Virus record (IMG/VR): IMGVR_UViG_3300025009_000099
Location: 928-64,927 of that record
Reading direction: 5' to 3' (one strand)
Source of the DNA: a virus
Taxonomy: Duplodnaviria > Caudoviricetes
Length of the DNA: 64,000 nt
Part shown: piece by piece, positions 1 to 9,465 of the stretch
Numbering within the stretch: position 1 is the stretch's first letter
Layout: each line of letters opens with the position of its first letter
Translations under genes and position numbers: made by a program
The notes under the pieces: model-generated
Seen by the model: the letters and a program-made list of their open reading frames with translations, nothing else
What the model was told of the DNA's origin: nothing
Database searches by the model: none

Positions 1-1
1 T

Positions 2-853
2 AAGATCAGCCTTACTAAAAGAAGTCGAAGCCCCTTTATTGTTTGATCCTTTATCAACTGGAGAGACAGGCCCAATTGGTTTAGTTGCAACATTGGAAGA
101 TGTTCCAGATTTGGAAGGTGTAAACTTTTCTGGAAAAACTTCCTGAACTTTCTGCCTCACTAAGGCATAAATCCTAGAAAGTGGTGCGCCAACATAATTC
201 TGCGCCACATTATCAGCAAACTGTGCCATCTCGTTATCTTCCAAGTACCACTGGTTATCCTGAATCCATTCATCATATACAGGATTTTCAACAGTACCAG
301 ACTTGGACGTATCATTAATTTTGGGTGCAGCTATATCTTTCTTCTTTTCCTCAATTTGTGCATCTAACTCTTCAACCTTATCAACATCAGCAAGCTCAAT
401 TGCAGACTTACGTTCCTTCTTAAGTGCGTCTATCTCAGCAGTCAGTCTCTTAACATCAGCCTGATAAACCCGTTCATTATGTTCTTTAAGTGCATTAATA
501 GATGACTGAACAGTGCTAAGATTCTCCTTTAAGTCTTTGTTATGCTTACTCATTGCCTTCTGAATGTCTTTCGACCTCAGAATGTATGTGACTGCATCAA
601 CTGCATCTTCACCTACATGATCAGCACGCCAACCAAGTTGTGAAGCAAGTTCTTCTACAGAAGGAGCAATCTTGGTTTGATCAGAATCAGCATTACCTTC
701 AAGGGTTTTAGTTTGATTGGAAGATTGATCATCACCAGATTTAGCTACCACAACAACAGTACTAGTCTCATTACCAGTATCTGCTGTTGCTTCTGTAGAA
801 GAACCATTCGTTTCTGCACTTGCAATAATGTCTTGTACAAATTCTTCTGCCAT
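2..853 (-). CDS. Putative capsid scaffolding protein (partial, runs off window start)
   Basis: Own translation MAEEFVQDIIASAETNG...LGWRADH...coiled coil...WIQDNQWY; acidic N-terminus; follows portal/GroES; missing from the ORF track because it is open at the edge. Confidence 0.65.
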   Translation of the reverse strand, partial: MAEEFVQDIIASAETNGSSTEATADTGNETSTVVVVAKSGDDQSSNQTKTLEGNADSDQTKIAPSVEELASQLGWRADHVGEDAVDAVTYILRSKDIQKAMSKHNKDLKENLSTVQSSINALKEHNERVYQADVKRLTAEIDALKKERKSAIELADVDKVEELDAQIEEKKKDIAAPKINDTSKSGTVENPVYDEWIQDNQWYLEDNEMAQFADNVAQNYVGAPLSRIYALVRQKVQEVFPEKFTPSKSGTSSNVATKPIGPVSPVDKGSNNKGASTSFSKADL

Positions 854-865
854 AATAACACCTAT

Positions 866-1198
866 TTAAAAGAGTAACCGAGCTAAAACATCATTATCAT
901 TAATCAATACATAAGATTCGTCATCCTTCCCGCTCATAGATACACCGGCATAACGAGAATAACTAATCTTATCGCCAACCTCTGCCCAGGCAACTCCGTC
1001 GTCAAGGTCTTTCCAGGCAGTTGGGCCGATGGCAACTAATGTCCCTATCGTGGCTGCTTGCTGTTCCTTTTCCAGAGTTGTTTGTGGCAAATAAATTCCG
1101 CCTTTAGTCTTTTCTTCAACCTTCTCAGGAAGTACTAACAAGTGTCCGCCAGTCGGAATAATACCGGATTGATTAATATCCATAATGTTTGTGCTCAT
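866..1198 (-). CDS. groES: Co-chaperonin GroES-like protein
   Basis: IIPTGGHLLV, EEKTKGGIYLP mobile loop, VAIGP, VGDKISYSRYAG, INDNDVLA match Cpn10. Confidence 0.9.
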   Translation of the reverse strand: MSTNIMDINQSGIIPTGGHLLVLPEKVEEKTKGGIYLPQTTLEKEQQAATIGTLVAIGPTAWKDLDDGVAWAEVGDKISYSRYAGVSMSGKDDESYVLINDNDVLARLLF

Positions 1199-1230
1199 AA
1201 TTATTACCCTTTTAAATAATTGTTATTCTT

Positions 1231-1485
1231 TTAATAACCACTTATCTCATCAACATCATTCTCTACAGCATCACCTTCAAAGGAAATATTAAGAAGCTGA
1301 TCCAGACCGTTTATTTGGCCAACTGCTCTGTTAGTAAATCCATGTGTTGCCTGTGCATCAGGACCTATGCTATTTCCATTGGCAAGCTGATCAACTATTG
1401 ACTGCCTAGTCTTTTTAATCTCAGCAAAAAGCTCTTTCGTTACTGGATGATTTTTCCACTCTTGGAATTGTTCACTGGTTAGCAT
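1231..1485 (-). CDS. Hypothetical phage protein (portal-associated cluster)
   Basis: WKNHPVTK motif of the kind seen in small genes after such portals; RBS AAGGA. Confidence 0.6.
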   Translation of the reverse strand: MLTSEQFQEWKNHPVTKELFAEIKKTRQSIVDQLANGNSIGPDAQATHGFTNRAVGQINGLDQLLNISFEGDAVENDVDEISGY

Positions 1486-1495
1486 CGTAATGTCC

Positions 1496-1717
1496 TTATA
1501 AACTTACAGATTGTTCAGGGATAATAATATATCTTATTCTTGTTAATAGTATAAAATTATATCTAAGCATTATCTGTAATTGTTCATAAAGATGTTCATA
1601 TTCCATATTAGATATTTTAATTAAATTATCTTTATCTGTAAGGAATGTAGTTAACTTAACAATCTTATCACTAAGTTCTTTCTGCTCAACTAAAACTCTC
1701 TCTTGATATTCTTCCAT
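1496..1717 (-). CDS. Small helical protein, crAss001_48-like
   Basis: YQERVLVEQKELSDKIVKL...EQLQIMLRY..IL..RI pattern; start reassigned to the ATG after GAGGAG; AT-rich insert. Confidence 0.5.
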   Translation of the reverse strand: MEEYQERVLVEQKELSDKIVKLTTFLTDKDNLIKISNMEYEHLYEQLQIMLRYNFILLTRIRYIIIPEQSVSL

Positions 1718-1728
1718 CTGAGTTCTCC

Positions 1729-1896
1729 TCAATTCTGATTTACTTTCTCCAATTCTTTCTTTCTTTTATTTGCAGCAGTTGTTACATTTCCTGCATAAAA
1801 GACATTTTTGTCTGAAGCATCATCCTTGTTTTTACCTAAACCAAGTGCACGTAAAAAAGAAAACGTACCTTTCTTCTTTTTATCTAATTCATCCAT
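1729..1896 (-). CDS. Small basic hypothetical protein (55 aa)
   Basis: Own translation MDELDKKKKGTFSFLRALGLGK...; AAGGAG RBS; fills the gap after portal. Confidence 0.55.
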   Translation of the reverse strand: MDELDKKKKGTFSFLRALGLGKNKDDASDKNVFYAGNVTTAANKRKKELEKVNQN

Positions 1897-1905
1897 ATTG
1901 TCTCC

Positions 1906-4116
1906 TTAACTATATTCACGTTCAACCGTGCTTTCTTTTAATCCACCAGGTGCTTTGCCTAAACTTTGCTGAGTTCTTCCAAGCTCTAACTGCCCAGAGA
2001 TTTGTTTATCTTTAAGAGCTAAATCTATTGCATCATTGTCCATGTCTGCAATTGTCTTCTCTTGCTCGAGTTGCTCTTTTGGAATACTTACGATTATTTG
2101 CTGAGTTTCTGCATTCAACTTAGCAACCTTTGCACTCAGCTCTGCAATCTCAGCCTGGAGTTTTTGCATTGCTAGTTGTTCAGTCGGATCAGGTTGATCT
2201 TCTGCAGGAAAGAATCTCTCAACATCTTCGATATCAAGGGCAAGTAAATACTGTCGCAAGATTTCTTGATCATTCAATCCTTGACCTCGCAGCTCTAGCA
2301 TGGCTTTCGCCTTGAGAAGCCTCTGCATCATTGTGGTGCTGTTCGGGTCACTAACCGGCACAACATCAAAGTCTGCACTAGAAAAGTCAGCCTGAACAAT
2401 TGCCTGCTGATCATCCAGGACAGCACTATACGTCATCTGATCAAGATAAAGAGCATTCAGTCTCCGTAACTTTATGAACTCTTTATATTGGCTACGATAC
2501 AGCCGTTTGTGGATTGCACTATAGACTTGCAGACCTTGTTCAATAAGTGCAAGCACAGACTCAGCCGGAACATTCGCGCCTGGAGAGTTACCCGCCAAGA
2601 TTTCGGTCATGCCGGCTAGTTCTTTACCACTCTCGATTAGCAATCCGAGCAACTGGAAGAGAACATTACTTGGCTCACGCACTGGCATGGGGAAGATGTT
2701 CTTGCGAAGATCATCGCCTGTAGCATCAACTGGTTTCCATTCTCCAGATTTGACCTGAATGGATTTGCCCCTGCCAAGTTTAAGACCTCTTCCTAGGAAA
2801 CCGCTTTGGCGATTCGATAACGTTCCAGCATCCAGCAACTGATTAATTACTGTGTTTATGGCTGAGTTGCTGCTCATCAAAAGTGAGCCAAACCCCATGC
2901 CATAGAATCCACCATCAATCGCAGGCATGAAAATGAATCGAGTAAAATACTGTTCTGGGATGATTTTAACAATTGGTCCGTTCGGATCAACTACGCCAGC
3001 TTCATCAGACTTGCGAATAATTCCATCCGTGGCAAACCGAGGTGAGATGCGAACTAACTTCTGAGATTGCTCGTGAACAGTGACAACGTATGGCTCTTGA
3101 TATCCATCCCCGTCCAGGTCGTACCACCGATGTTGTTCAAGAAACAAATGTGGAGTATCTTCATCTACATCGGCAGTCTTATCACTGGTAGCTTGTCCAA
3201 GTTCTGCTACATCAAACTTGATAAAAATCCCAGAGTTGATGCGTTCAACAATTTCGTTGTGGTACAAATAGATTCTATGTGTAACTCGTGGAGCCCGTTC
3301 CAGTGATTCGGCAAAGTAATTTACAACCAAATCATCAGCGAAGACTATCTGAGATACAGACTTCCGTTCAATTGCATCAAAATAACTCTTTTTGAATACA
3401 CAACCAATTGCAGGCAACGTAAAGAGTAATTGGTCAACACCTTCTTCCCAATCTTCCATTAGTGACAGAAGCTGGAAAGACATAAACTGAGAAATTCGTT
3501 GAGCTTTATCAAACTTAACGTTGTCTGGATCAGTTCCTATTACCTTACCTTTTACGACTTCATTACCTTTGATAAGTTCAGGATACGCTCTAGCAGCAAA
3601 CTGAATGCAGGCATTAATGATTAATGGATACTTAACATTGGCAACGACTTCGCCAGCATAAACCTTTTTCTTTACAAGAAGCTTCGCCAGGTCGATGATC
3701 TGTACATTGAGAGCTTCCCACTCAGTGCGGCTAGCAAGATCTAGCTTATAACCCTCCAGGACCTTAGTGGTTATATCTGCTAAGATTTCCTTATTTTGTT
3801 TGTCTGCCAAGTTGGTGATAAGGACAACTGCTTCAGCTCGAAGAGCTTCTTTTTCAACAAGTGCAGTAATAGTTGGATCTGCCTGAACGGGAGATATAAT
3901 ATCTTCGATGGGTTCTTCAGTTGCCCAAAAAGGAACTTGGCCACTTAGACTTGCTTGTTCGTCATCAGGAAGATTAGTTCCTGTATTCAAGGTTGAATTG
4001 GTTCGTGTAGGCAGCTTCGCTGCTTGGCCAGCTATAATAGCATTCGCCATCGGAGTCGCTGGATTGCCAGGATCAACAAGTTCCTCTACAGAAAATTCAA
4101 AACCATTATTAGCCAT
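1906..4116 (-). CDS. Portal protein
   Basis: 736 aa after TerL; YPLIINACIQFAARAY, GCVFKKSYFD, FYGMGFG, NQLLDAGTLSN; C-terminal coiled coil. Confidence 0.85.
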   Translation of the reverse strand: MANNGFEFSVEELVDPGNPATPMANAIIAGQAAKLPTRTNSTLNTGTNLPDDEQASLSGQVPFWATEEPIEDIISPVQADPTITALVEKEALRAEAVVLITNLADKQNKEILADITTKVLEGYKLDLASRTEWEALNVQIIDLAKLLVKKKVYAGEVVANVKYPLIINACIQFAARAYPELIKGNEVVKGKVIGTDPDNVKFDKAQRISQFMSFQLLSLMEDWEEGVDQLLFTLPAIGCVFKKSYFDAIERKSVSQIVFADDLVVNYFAESLERAPRVTHRIYLYHNEIVERINSGIFIKFDVAELGQATSDKTADVDEDTPHLFLEQHRWYDLDGDGYQEPYVVTVHEQSQKLVRISPRFATDGIIRKSDEAGVVDPNGPIVKIIPEQYFTRFIFMPAIDGGFYGMGFGSLLMSSNSAINTVINQLLDAGTLSNRQSGFLGRGLKLGRGKSIQVKSGEWKPVDATGDDLRKNIFPMPVREPSNVLFQLLGLLIESGKELAGMTEILAGNSPGANVPAESVLALIEQGLQVYSAIHKRLYRSQYKEFIKLRRLNALYLDQMTYSAVLDDQQAIVQADFSSADFDVVPVSDPNSTTMMQRLLKAKAMLELRGQGLNDQEILRQYLLALDIEDVERFFPAEDQPDPTEQLAMQKLQAEIAELSAKVAKLNAETQQIIVSIPKEQLEQEKTIADMDNDAIDLALKDKQISGQLELGRTQQSLGKAPGGLKESTVEREYS

Positions 4117-4333
4117 TATTAATTTCCTGAGATCTAATTTGTTTTCCTAATCTGTGAACTACCTGTACTGCCCATGGACGCAAAAGTTCTGGATATCCGA
4201 TAGTCCGTAAGATGTACATTTTATACATAAAACGGAAAAAGCGTTTAGAACAATATCTTTCATCTAGTTCCATTTTAGTATCCGACAGATTAAGTAAAGT
4301 GATTATACGTGTAGGCGACTTCGTCGCTTGCAA
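4109..4333 (-). CDS. Hypothetical protein (insert between terL and portal)
   Basis: ORF in operon orientation; start uncertain. Confidence 0.3.
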   Translation of the reverse strand: MQATKSPTRIITLLNLSDTKMELDERYCSKRFFRFMYKMYILRTIGYPELLRPWAVQVVHRLGKQIRSQEINNG

Positions 4334-4348
4334 GAGCTACTTAAATTA

Positions 4349-4681
4349 TTAATATCCTGTAGGTGCAATATAATCTACTATATCTTTTGCAGAAAATGTA
4401 ATCTCTTGTTTACCAATAGAACGAGAACCAAAACTATAATGAAAAAGAACTCTTTTAACTTTATTAGAAAAGTTTTCTATTCTACGAATACGAATAGAAA
4501 AATAAAATATACCAACTCTGAATCCTTTATAAATAGTACAGTTGTCAAAATCAAAATAATCACTACTATAAAACAAATAGAAAGGAATACAAAACTTAAA
4601 ACTAATAAGAGTCATTTCATTTGATAACAAATTTAAACCATAATATAAAGGTTCGCCTTCGTTTATTTTATGAATAAACAT
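4349..4681 (-). CDS. Hypothetical AT-rich protein (insert)
   Basis: Starts just after the terL stop; very AT-rich. Confidence 0.5.
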   Translation of the reverse strand: MFIHKINEGEPLYYGLNLLSNEMTLISFKFCIPFYLFYSSDYFDFDNCTIYKGFRVGIFYFSIRIRRIENFSNKVKRVLFHYSFGSRSIGKQEITFSAKDIVDYIAPTGY

Positions 4682-4683
4682 AA

Positions 4684-6153
4684 TTAGTATCCTGTAACTA
4701 GACTTGCTTCCTGGTGATTGTAAAGTTCACTTTCTTCCCACGCCTGAAACTCCCAATAAGGCTTAGCGATTGCTCGCTTGAGTCCAGACATAATCAAGTA
4801 ACGAGTGCAGTCCATAAGGTGATCGCGATCTTTAACGATTTGGCCGTTCTCATCCCGGCGATAAAGCCTAAACTCGCTAAACCAATTAACCAGCGAACCA
4901 AACACTTTCAGGCGATTAGTGCTAAGCATTTGCCACACAGCATACAAGCCGGCTTCAACTGATTTGTTAGCATTCTCAAGGTCAAGTCCTAACCCAAAGT
5001 ATTGTTCAAAAAGTTGCTTTCCGTCATCTTGCGAACGGCCATGTGCAGCTGAATCAACTACGCCTGGAATCCATACACCACGAGCTCTGATAGCATCCGC
5101 ATGAATCAGTGGCAACTGTTGGCCTTGGTAATATTCGGAATACAAGTAAGTTATGTTGCTGGTAGGATCTGTGGCTGCCCAAACAGTTGCAGTCTTCTTC
5201 CAGCCTACATCCAACGCATAGCAGCGGAGCCAATGATCGGGAATAGCAAAATCTTCTACGGTAATATTAGATTCGAGGATAGGATAAATTGCACCAGAAC
5301 CTAACTGCGGAACGCCTTTAGACCTGGCGTCTCGTTGATGAGGCGGAAGGGCTGCCCATAACTTGTCTTTCTGTTCTTTAGTTAAGTGTGGCGCATCATC
5401 CCATGTTGCCTGGATTAGAAACTTGCTACCTTCTTGATTATCTTCTATTTTTCCGTTTGGCATGAACTGAAGAACAGTATCAGTTAGGCCTTCAAGAGGA
5501 GTAAAGGTCAGCATAATCAGACCATTCGTCGTCATGGTCCTGGTAATACATTCAGTATAGATGGGCAATGGACATTCTTCGTCCAGCCAGATCAGATCCT
5601 GCTCTGTGCCTTCAAAAGACTTTCGACCTTCTGCATAAGATTTGATCTTAATCCGAGATATGCCACCAGAGATATGCTTGACCAAAATCATATCTATAGC
5701 ATTTGCAACTCCGCCGGCTTTCGGGCTAGTTTTGATTATATACTTTTCTGGTATCAAACCAGTCCCATATTCTTCAGGATTGCCAATAAGTTTATACTGA
5801 ACGATATCTCTGGCAGTTGTACTGGTCGTTCCACAGGCCCAGATTGAAACTGGTTTGGTGAAACGCTTTCCAGTCCACCAACCTGGATAGCGACCTGTTG
5901 CATGTAGGGTTGTTTCGTATGCACCAATCCCTTCGGACTTTCCTATGCGGTTTGCAGCCATGATGCAACGCTCAGAAAAATCTGCGCCGGCTGCAAAGAA
6001 CTGCATGTGCTTAGGATAATTATCTCGACTCAGTGGACCGTCATCTGGATAATACTGGGTAATCTTATTTTGCTTGATCCGAATGTTCTTGGCTTGCAAT
6101 AGTTTTAAATATTGCTCTTTGCGGTCTCTATCAAGGTGGGAAAGATCCATCAT
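4684..6153 (-). CDS. terL: Terminase large subunit
   Basis: Walker A MAANRIGKS, Walker B IWLDEE, TFTPLEG coupling motif, RNase H-like ALDVG...DHLMDCTRY; P22-like. Confidence 0.95.
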   Translation of the reverse strand: MMDLSHLDRDRKEQYLKLLQAKNIRIKQNKITQYYPDDGPLSRDNYPKHMQFFAAGADFSERCIMAANRIGKSEGIGAYETTLHATGRYPGWWTGKRFTKPVSIWACGTTSTTARDIVQYKLIGNPEEYGTGLIPEKYIIKTSPKAGGVANAIDMILVKHISGGISRIKIKSYAEGRKSFEGTEQDLIWLDEECPLPIYTECITRTMTTNGLIMLTFTPLEGLTDTVLQFMPNGKIEDNQEGSKFLIQATWDDAPHLTKEQKDKLWAALPPHQRDARSKGVPQLGSGAIYPILESNITVEDFAIPDHWLRCYALDVGWKKTATVWAATDPTSNITYLYSEYYQGQQLPLIHADAIRARGVWIPGVVDSAAHGRSQDDGKQLFEQYFGLGLDLENANKSVEAGLYAVWQMLSTNRLKVFGSLVNWFSEFRLYRRDENGQIVKDRDHLMDCTRYLIMSGLKRAIAKPYWEFQAWEESELYNHQEASLVTGY

Positions 6154-6839
6154 TATGACCTTTTAATATTGTGAAAGGGATCAAATGATAGGTCTTCTAA
6201 AATTGAGGTATCTTCCATCAGAAGGGGCTCTTCAAAATCTTCGTCAGGAATAAAGAGTCCAGCTTGTTCTTCAGTACAGAATAAATCTTCCAGAGATAAA
6301 TCATCCTCGTTAGCAGGCATCGTGACAACAGCATGATCTGAAGCAAGAGGAATAGTTGCAAAGGAGAGGTTGTGTTGTAAGGACTTTTTAATCTCTGGAA
6401 GATTTTTACCACCTGTGCGATTGATAGCTTCTTCTATGGCTGCTATCTCAGCATCGAGCTCTTCATCAGTTTTGGTTTGCAGCGTCATGTCAATGTTCAA
6501 CCGATCGGGAGCCTTATACCCATTGCGGTCTAGAACATCTTTGGCTGCATTAAATTGTACGGATGCTGGAACAGCTTTGCGAGAACTAGAGTTGAGAAGG
6601 TGCTCAAAGGTTGCAAGCGCCTCCTTGTTGAGGCTGACAAGTTTCTTTCTTACGTCCAAAGTTGCTTCGTGCGCCCTGTCTTGAAGGCCATTCAAGTAGG
6701 CTTGCCCAAGAGGTGAGCGGAGGATTGTAGATACGGAAGATTGTGCCATACCAAGACGCTCAGCAATTTCCTGATTCTTATATCCATTAAAGGCCATCTG
6801 GATAATGTTGCGATGCTGAGATTTTAATTCTTTCAACAT
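6153..6839 (-). CDS. terS: Terminase small subunit (HTH)
   Basis: N-terminal HTH (GYKNQEIAERLGMAQSSVS), AAKDVLDRNG motif; stop overlaps terL start. Confidence 0.7.
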   Translation of the reverse strand: MLKELKSQHRNIIQMAFNGYKNQEIAERLGMAQSSVSTILRSPLGQAYLNGLQDRAHEATLDVRKKLVSLNKEALATFEHLLNSSSRKAVPASVQFNAAKDVLDRNGYKAPDRLNIDMTLQTKTDEELDAEIAAIEEAINRTGGKNLPEIKKSLQHNLSFATIPLASDHAVVTMPANEDDLSLEDLFCTEEQAGLFIPDEDFEEPLLMEDTSILEDLSFDPFHNIKRS

Positions 6840-7098
6840 GGTTGGCAGCTTTACAGGTGAAGTGGGTTAAATAGAGATTGTAAACCTTTTAAAATTGTCC
6901 TATTATAGGAGAACATATTATGGTGAAAAGGTCAATGTTAAAATGCATAAGGACTTAATTTTCCTGCTTTTTCCTTAATGCCGGCAATCATATGCTGACC
7001 TCTCTAATATATAATGCCTGCCAAGTTTATGCTAGCTACAATTTGGCTAATAGTGATAAGTTGAATAGTTGGCTAATTATAATTGTTCCCGGACTGAT

Positions 7099-7114
7099 TG
7101 TTCATAAGTGAACA
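7099..7114. promoter_or_regulatory. Palindromic operator-like site TGTTCATAAGTGAACA (copy 1 of 4)
   Basis: GTTCA-N4-TGAAC also at 11694, 21733 and 62942; all intergenic. Confidence 0.55.
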
Positions 7115-7474
7115 CTGTATGTAGATATCCCAATTGCCGGCAATGACTATTTGTTTGTCTCCGCAAATTATATGAGAAAGCCTAATCCACTACAGGAGGA
7201 TCGAGGCATCCACTCACAGGCAGGTTACACGCAAGAAAGATTGTTCCCGCGACATACGTCGCAATCACACAAGAGATGTACCAGGCAAGCAGGTAATCCT
7301 GGAAAACTGTGGAACAATTCAACATGAATAATATCTTAACATGATGGTCCTGGCAGACTGGCGAGCAATTAGGAATGATGATGCAGAATAACTCTTGACA
7401 GCCTGGACATGGCGAGCTATTATAAGTGTGAAAGGACAGGCAAGATGGAAAGAAAGAATGGTGGAAAATAAAAC

Positions 7475-7503
7475 TTGACAAGCAAAGAAACTGAATATAC
7501 ATT
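7475..7503 (+). promoter_or_regulatory. sigma70-type early promoter
   Basis: TTGACA-17bp-TACATT with A-rich upstream sequence. Confidence 0.7.
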
Positions 7504-7581
7504 GAAGATTACAAGAGACAGATAGTTGCTTACCTGAATAACCTGGAATTGCTCGAAACAACCTTAACTCTGGAGAAGACC

Positions 7582-7782
7582 ATGATAACATTCATTCCAC
7601 AAAGAAAACTGGGTATTAACTCTAATGATTGCAATATGTACTCAAATGGTATCTTAATTGGCTATTGCTCATTTGAACAAATTGAACGGGCCAGGAAAAG
7701 GGATTTTACTCTATGTAAGCCTATAGCATCCTGGAAGTCTACTTTCTCAATTAAATTGATGAAAGAATTTGGATTAAAATAA
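7582..7782 (+). CDS. First early gene, hypothetical
   Basis: GGAGA RBS before ATG 7582; downstream of promoter. Confidence 0.6.
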   Translation: MITFIPQRKLGINSNDCNMYSNGILIGYCSFEQIERARKRDFTLCKPIASWKSTFSIKLMKEFGLK

Positions 7783-7784
7783 AC

Positions 7785-7813
7785 TTGACATACCTTTCCA
7801 CAGGTGATAAACA
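7785..7813 (+). promoter_or_regulatory. Possible sigma70 promoter
   Basis: AAATAAAC-TTGACA nearly identical to the 7466-7480 context; 17 bp then TG-n-TAAACA (weak -10). Confidence 0.45.
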
Positions 7814-7878
7814 GTAATTGACAGGCTGGAAATGGTTCTAGCCACTCGCAAGTAAACCCATCATAAAGGAGTTTTATC

Positions 7879-8286
7879 ATGGCTCAATCAATCTTTGTAA
7901 CATTGGATACCCTGAAGACGGAAACAAGTGTACCTGCAATTGGTTCGATGGTAAGCCACACTTTGCCTCGGTCAATCTTTCCAACCAGTGAACAGTTTAG
8001 TGATGAAGAGAAGTTGGTTGCCTGGGCAAAGGAAAGCGGATGCCTGCATGCATGTTTGCAAAAAGGTGTACAGGCTAAACTGATAGATGCCAGGGCCACC
8101 TTTAAGGCTACCAAGAAAGGCGCAGAATGGTCGGCTGGGCTTGGTCAAGAAAACGTGGACAAAATGAAGTGGGAAGCTGCCGAACGTCCGGCAAGCGCAA
8201 AGAGTGACGAACAGAAAGCGATTGAAGCTATGTCCAAACTTAGCCCGGAAGCCCTTGCGGCAATTATCGCAGGGATGGGCAAATAA
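7879..8286 (+). CDS. Early protein with shared C-terminal helical tail; probable paralog of 17897-18259
   Basis: AAGGAG RBS; ends KSDEQKAIEAMSKLSPEALAAIIAGMGK. Confidence 0.8.
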   Translation: MAQSIFVTLDTLKTETSVPAIGSMVSHTLPRSIFPTSEQFSDEEKLVAWAKESGCLHACLQKGVQAKLIDARATFKATKKGAEWSAGLGQENVDKMKWEAAERPASAKSDEQKAIEAMSKLSPEALAAIIAGMGK

Positions 8287-8352
8287 CGATTACGCAACCA
8301 TCTAACTTCGGGCATAGTCCATGCGATTGTGTCCGAGCCTGGAGACTTAGCC

Positions 8353-8478
8353 ATGAAATATTCAAAACGCTTCATAAGTTTCTTTAATCGCAAATCCGCG
8401 CCATACCTGCCTGAGTGGGTTATTGAAGCATGGTATGTGCAATTTAATGATGTTGACTTCCATCTGGTGACAGTATGA
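8353..8478 (+). CDS. Small hypothetical protein (41 aa)
   Basis: GGAG RBS; MKYSKRFISFFNRK...; ATGA overlap with next ORF. Confidence 0.5.
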   Translation: MKYSKRFISFFNRKSAPYLPEWVIEAWYVQFNDVDFHLVTV

Positions 8479-8690
8479 AAATAGCTAAGCTCTCAAAAGA
8501 CGTAACTTACGGAATTACGTTTGCCAAAGCAATTAAACTAACCTCAGATCGTGAGGAAATGAAAGTTGTGCGGTGCATCCTTTGTAATGACTGCCATAAC
8601 GTTGGCAGAGTGCTTAAATATCTTGGCTTAATGCCTGAACGTTACAACAAGGCTATTCAGACAGGCATCTGCATTGAGCTATCACGATAA
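8475..8690 (+). CDS. Hypothetical protein with CxxCxxC
   Basis: RCILCNDCHN; translationally coupled to the upstream ORF. Confidence 0.55.
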   Translation: MKIAKLSKDVTYGITFAKAIKLTSDREEMKVVRCILCNDCHNVGRVLKYLGLMPERYNKAIQTGICIELSR

Positions 8691-8721
8691 TAAAAAAGCC
8701 TAACAACCTTGATTTAACCTT

Positions 8722-8760
8722 AGCCCGATTAGGTTCATGTGACCTTTTCGGGCTTTTCTT
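8722..8760 (+). terminator. Rho-independent terminator
   Basis: AGCCCGA...TCGGGCT stem followed by TTTCTT. Confidence 0.7.
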
Positions 8761-8870
8761 ATTGCTAATGCCTAACAAACTGTAAATTGCCTAACAGACT
8801 GGATTGCATGAATGATGATTAGATGATGATTGTATGGGCGTTCGATGGTGAACAGGAATATAGTGTGTAC

Positions 8871-9432
8871 AAACGTGACCAAAGGTGCCCAAAGGTGTTC
8901 AGGTGGTGTCAAAGGTGGGCACATGGGCACATATAAATGGCACCAAACGGGCACTAAACGTACACACCTGTCACCAATAGGCACCGGCTGGACACACATA
9001 ATTGGCACCGGCTGGCACCACATTAACATCAACTGGCACCACATGGGTACAGGTAGGCTAGAAAAAGGTAATCATTTCAAAGAGTTACAATCCTGTGTGT
9101 CCAAAAGTGTCCAATAGTGTCCAACCGTACACCTCCCCCCCGTGTCGTGAGTGGGGAGGGGTGTCTGTTTTAGTATTTAATTTTTTTATTAAATACTTAA
9201 ATAGAATGGTCGGGGGGAGGTGTACACACGGACACTTTTGACGCCAACCGTACACAGCCCTCAAATTCCCCAACAATATCAACCACTTACACAAGCAACC
9301 TGTCACCAAAAGGCACCAAACCATTACCACCCGGCACCAAAAATGACACCAACCGACACCAAACCCTTGACAAACGGCACCAAACCATGTTACAATGGCA
9401 CCAAACAGCACCACCTGTCACCACGGCACACT
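8871..9432. repeat. Helically phased array of ~10-11-bp GGCACCAAA-like repeats around a palindromic AT-rich core (origin- or centromere-like)
   Basis: Five AAAGGTG-type units at exact 10-bp period (8871-8920); CACC-type units ending at 9307, 9317, 9328, 9338, 9350, 9360, 9381, 9402, 9412, 9422; GTGTCCAA x3 at 9097-9124; inverted repeats 9127-9142/9211-9225 and 9172-9181/9188-9197. Confidence 0.8.
9367..9396 (+). promoter_or_regulatory. sigma70 promoter embedded in the repeat array
   Basis: TTGACA-18bp-TACAAT with extended -10 TG; GGCACCAAAC in the spacer and directly after the -10. Confidence 0.7.
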
Positions 9433-9465
9433 ACCTCAATCAACCTCAATCAACGGAGTCTCACT

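Noticed and set aside
1496-1717. Acb2/Tad-type nucleotide sponge
   Set aside because: Small and helical but lacks motifs I can match to those families
6902-6935. Minus-strand sigma70 promoter for terS (TTGACC...TATAAT)
   Set aside because: The spacer is 22 bp, too long
7280-7740. Cluster of CCWGG sites at the start of the early region
   Set aside because: CCWGG is frequent throughout the window; enrichment cannot be established by eye
8871-9432. CRISPR array, with the Cas4-like nuclease at 18644 as a cas gene
   Set aside because: Units are ~10 bp, degenerate and have no unique spacers; the nuclease sits in a typical exonuclease-annealase-SSB recombination module
8772-9465. ORFs 8772-9044, 8830-9117, 9085-9414 and the N-terminal 82 codons of 9220-10038
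   Set aside because: Low-complexity translations of the repeat array; the promoter and RBS point to ATG 9466
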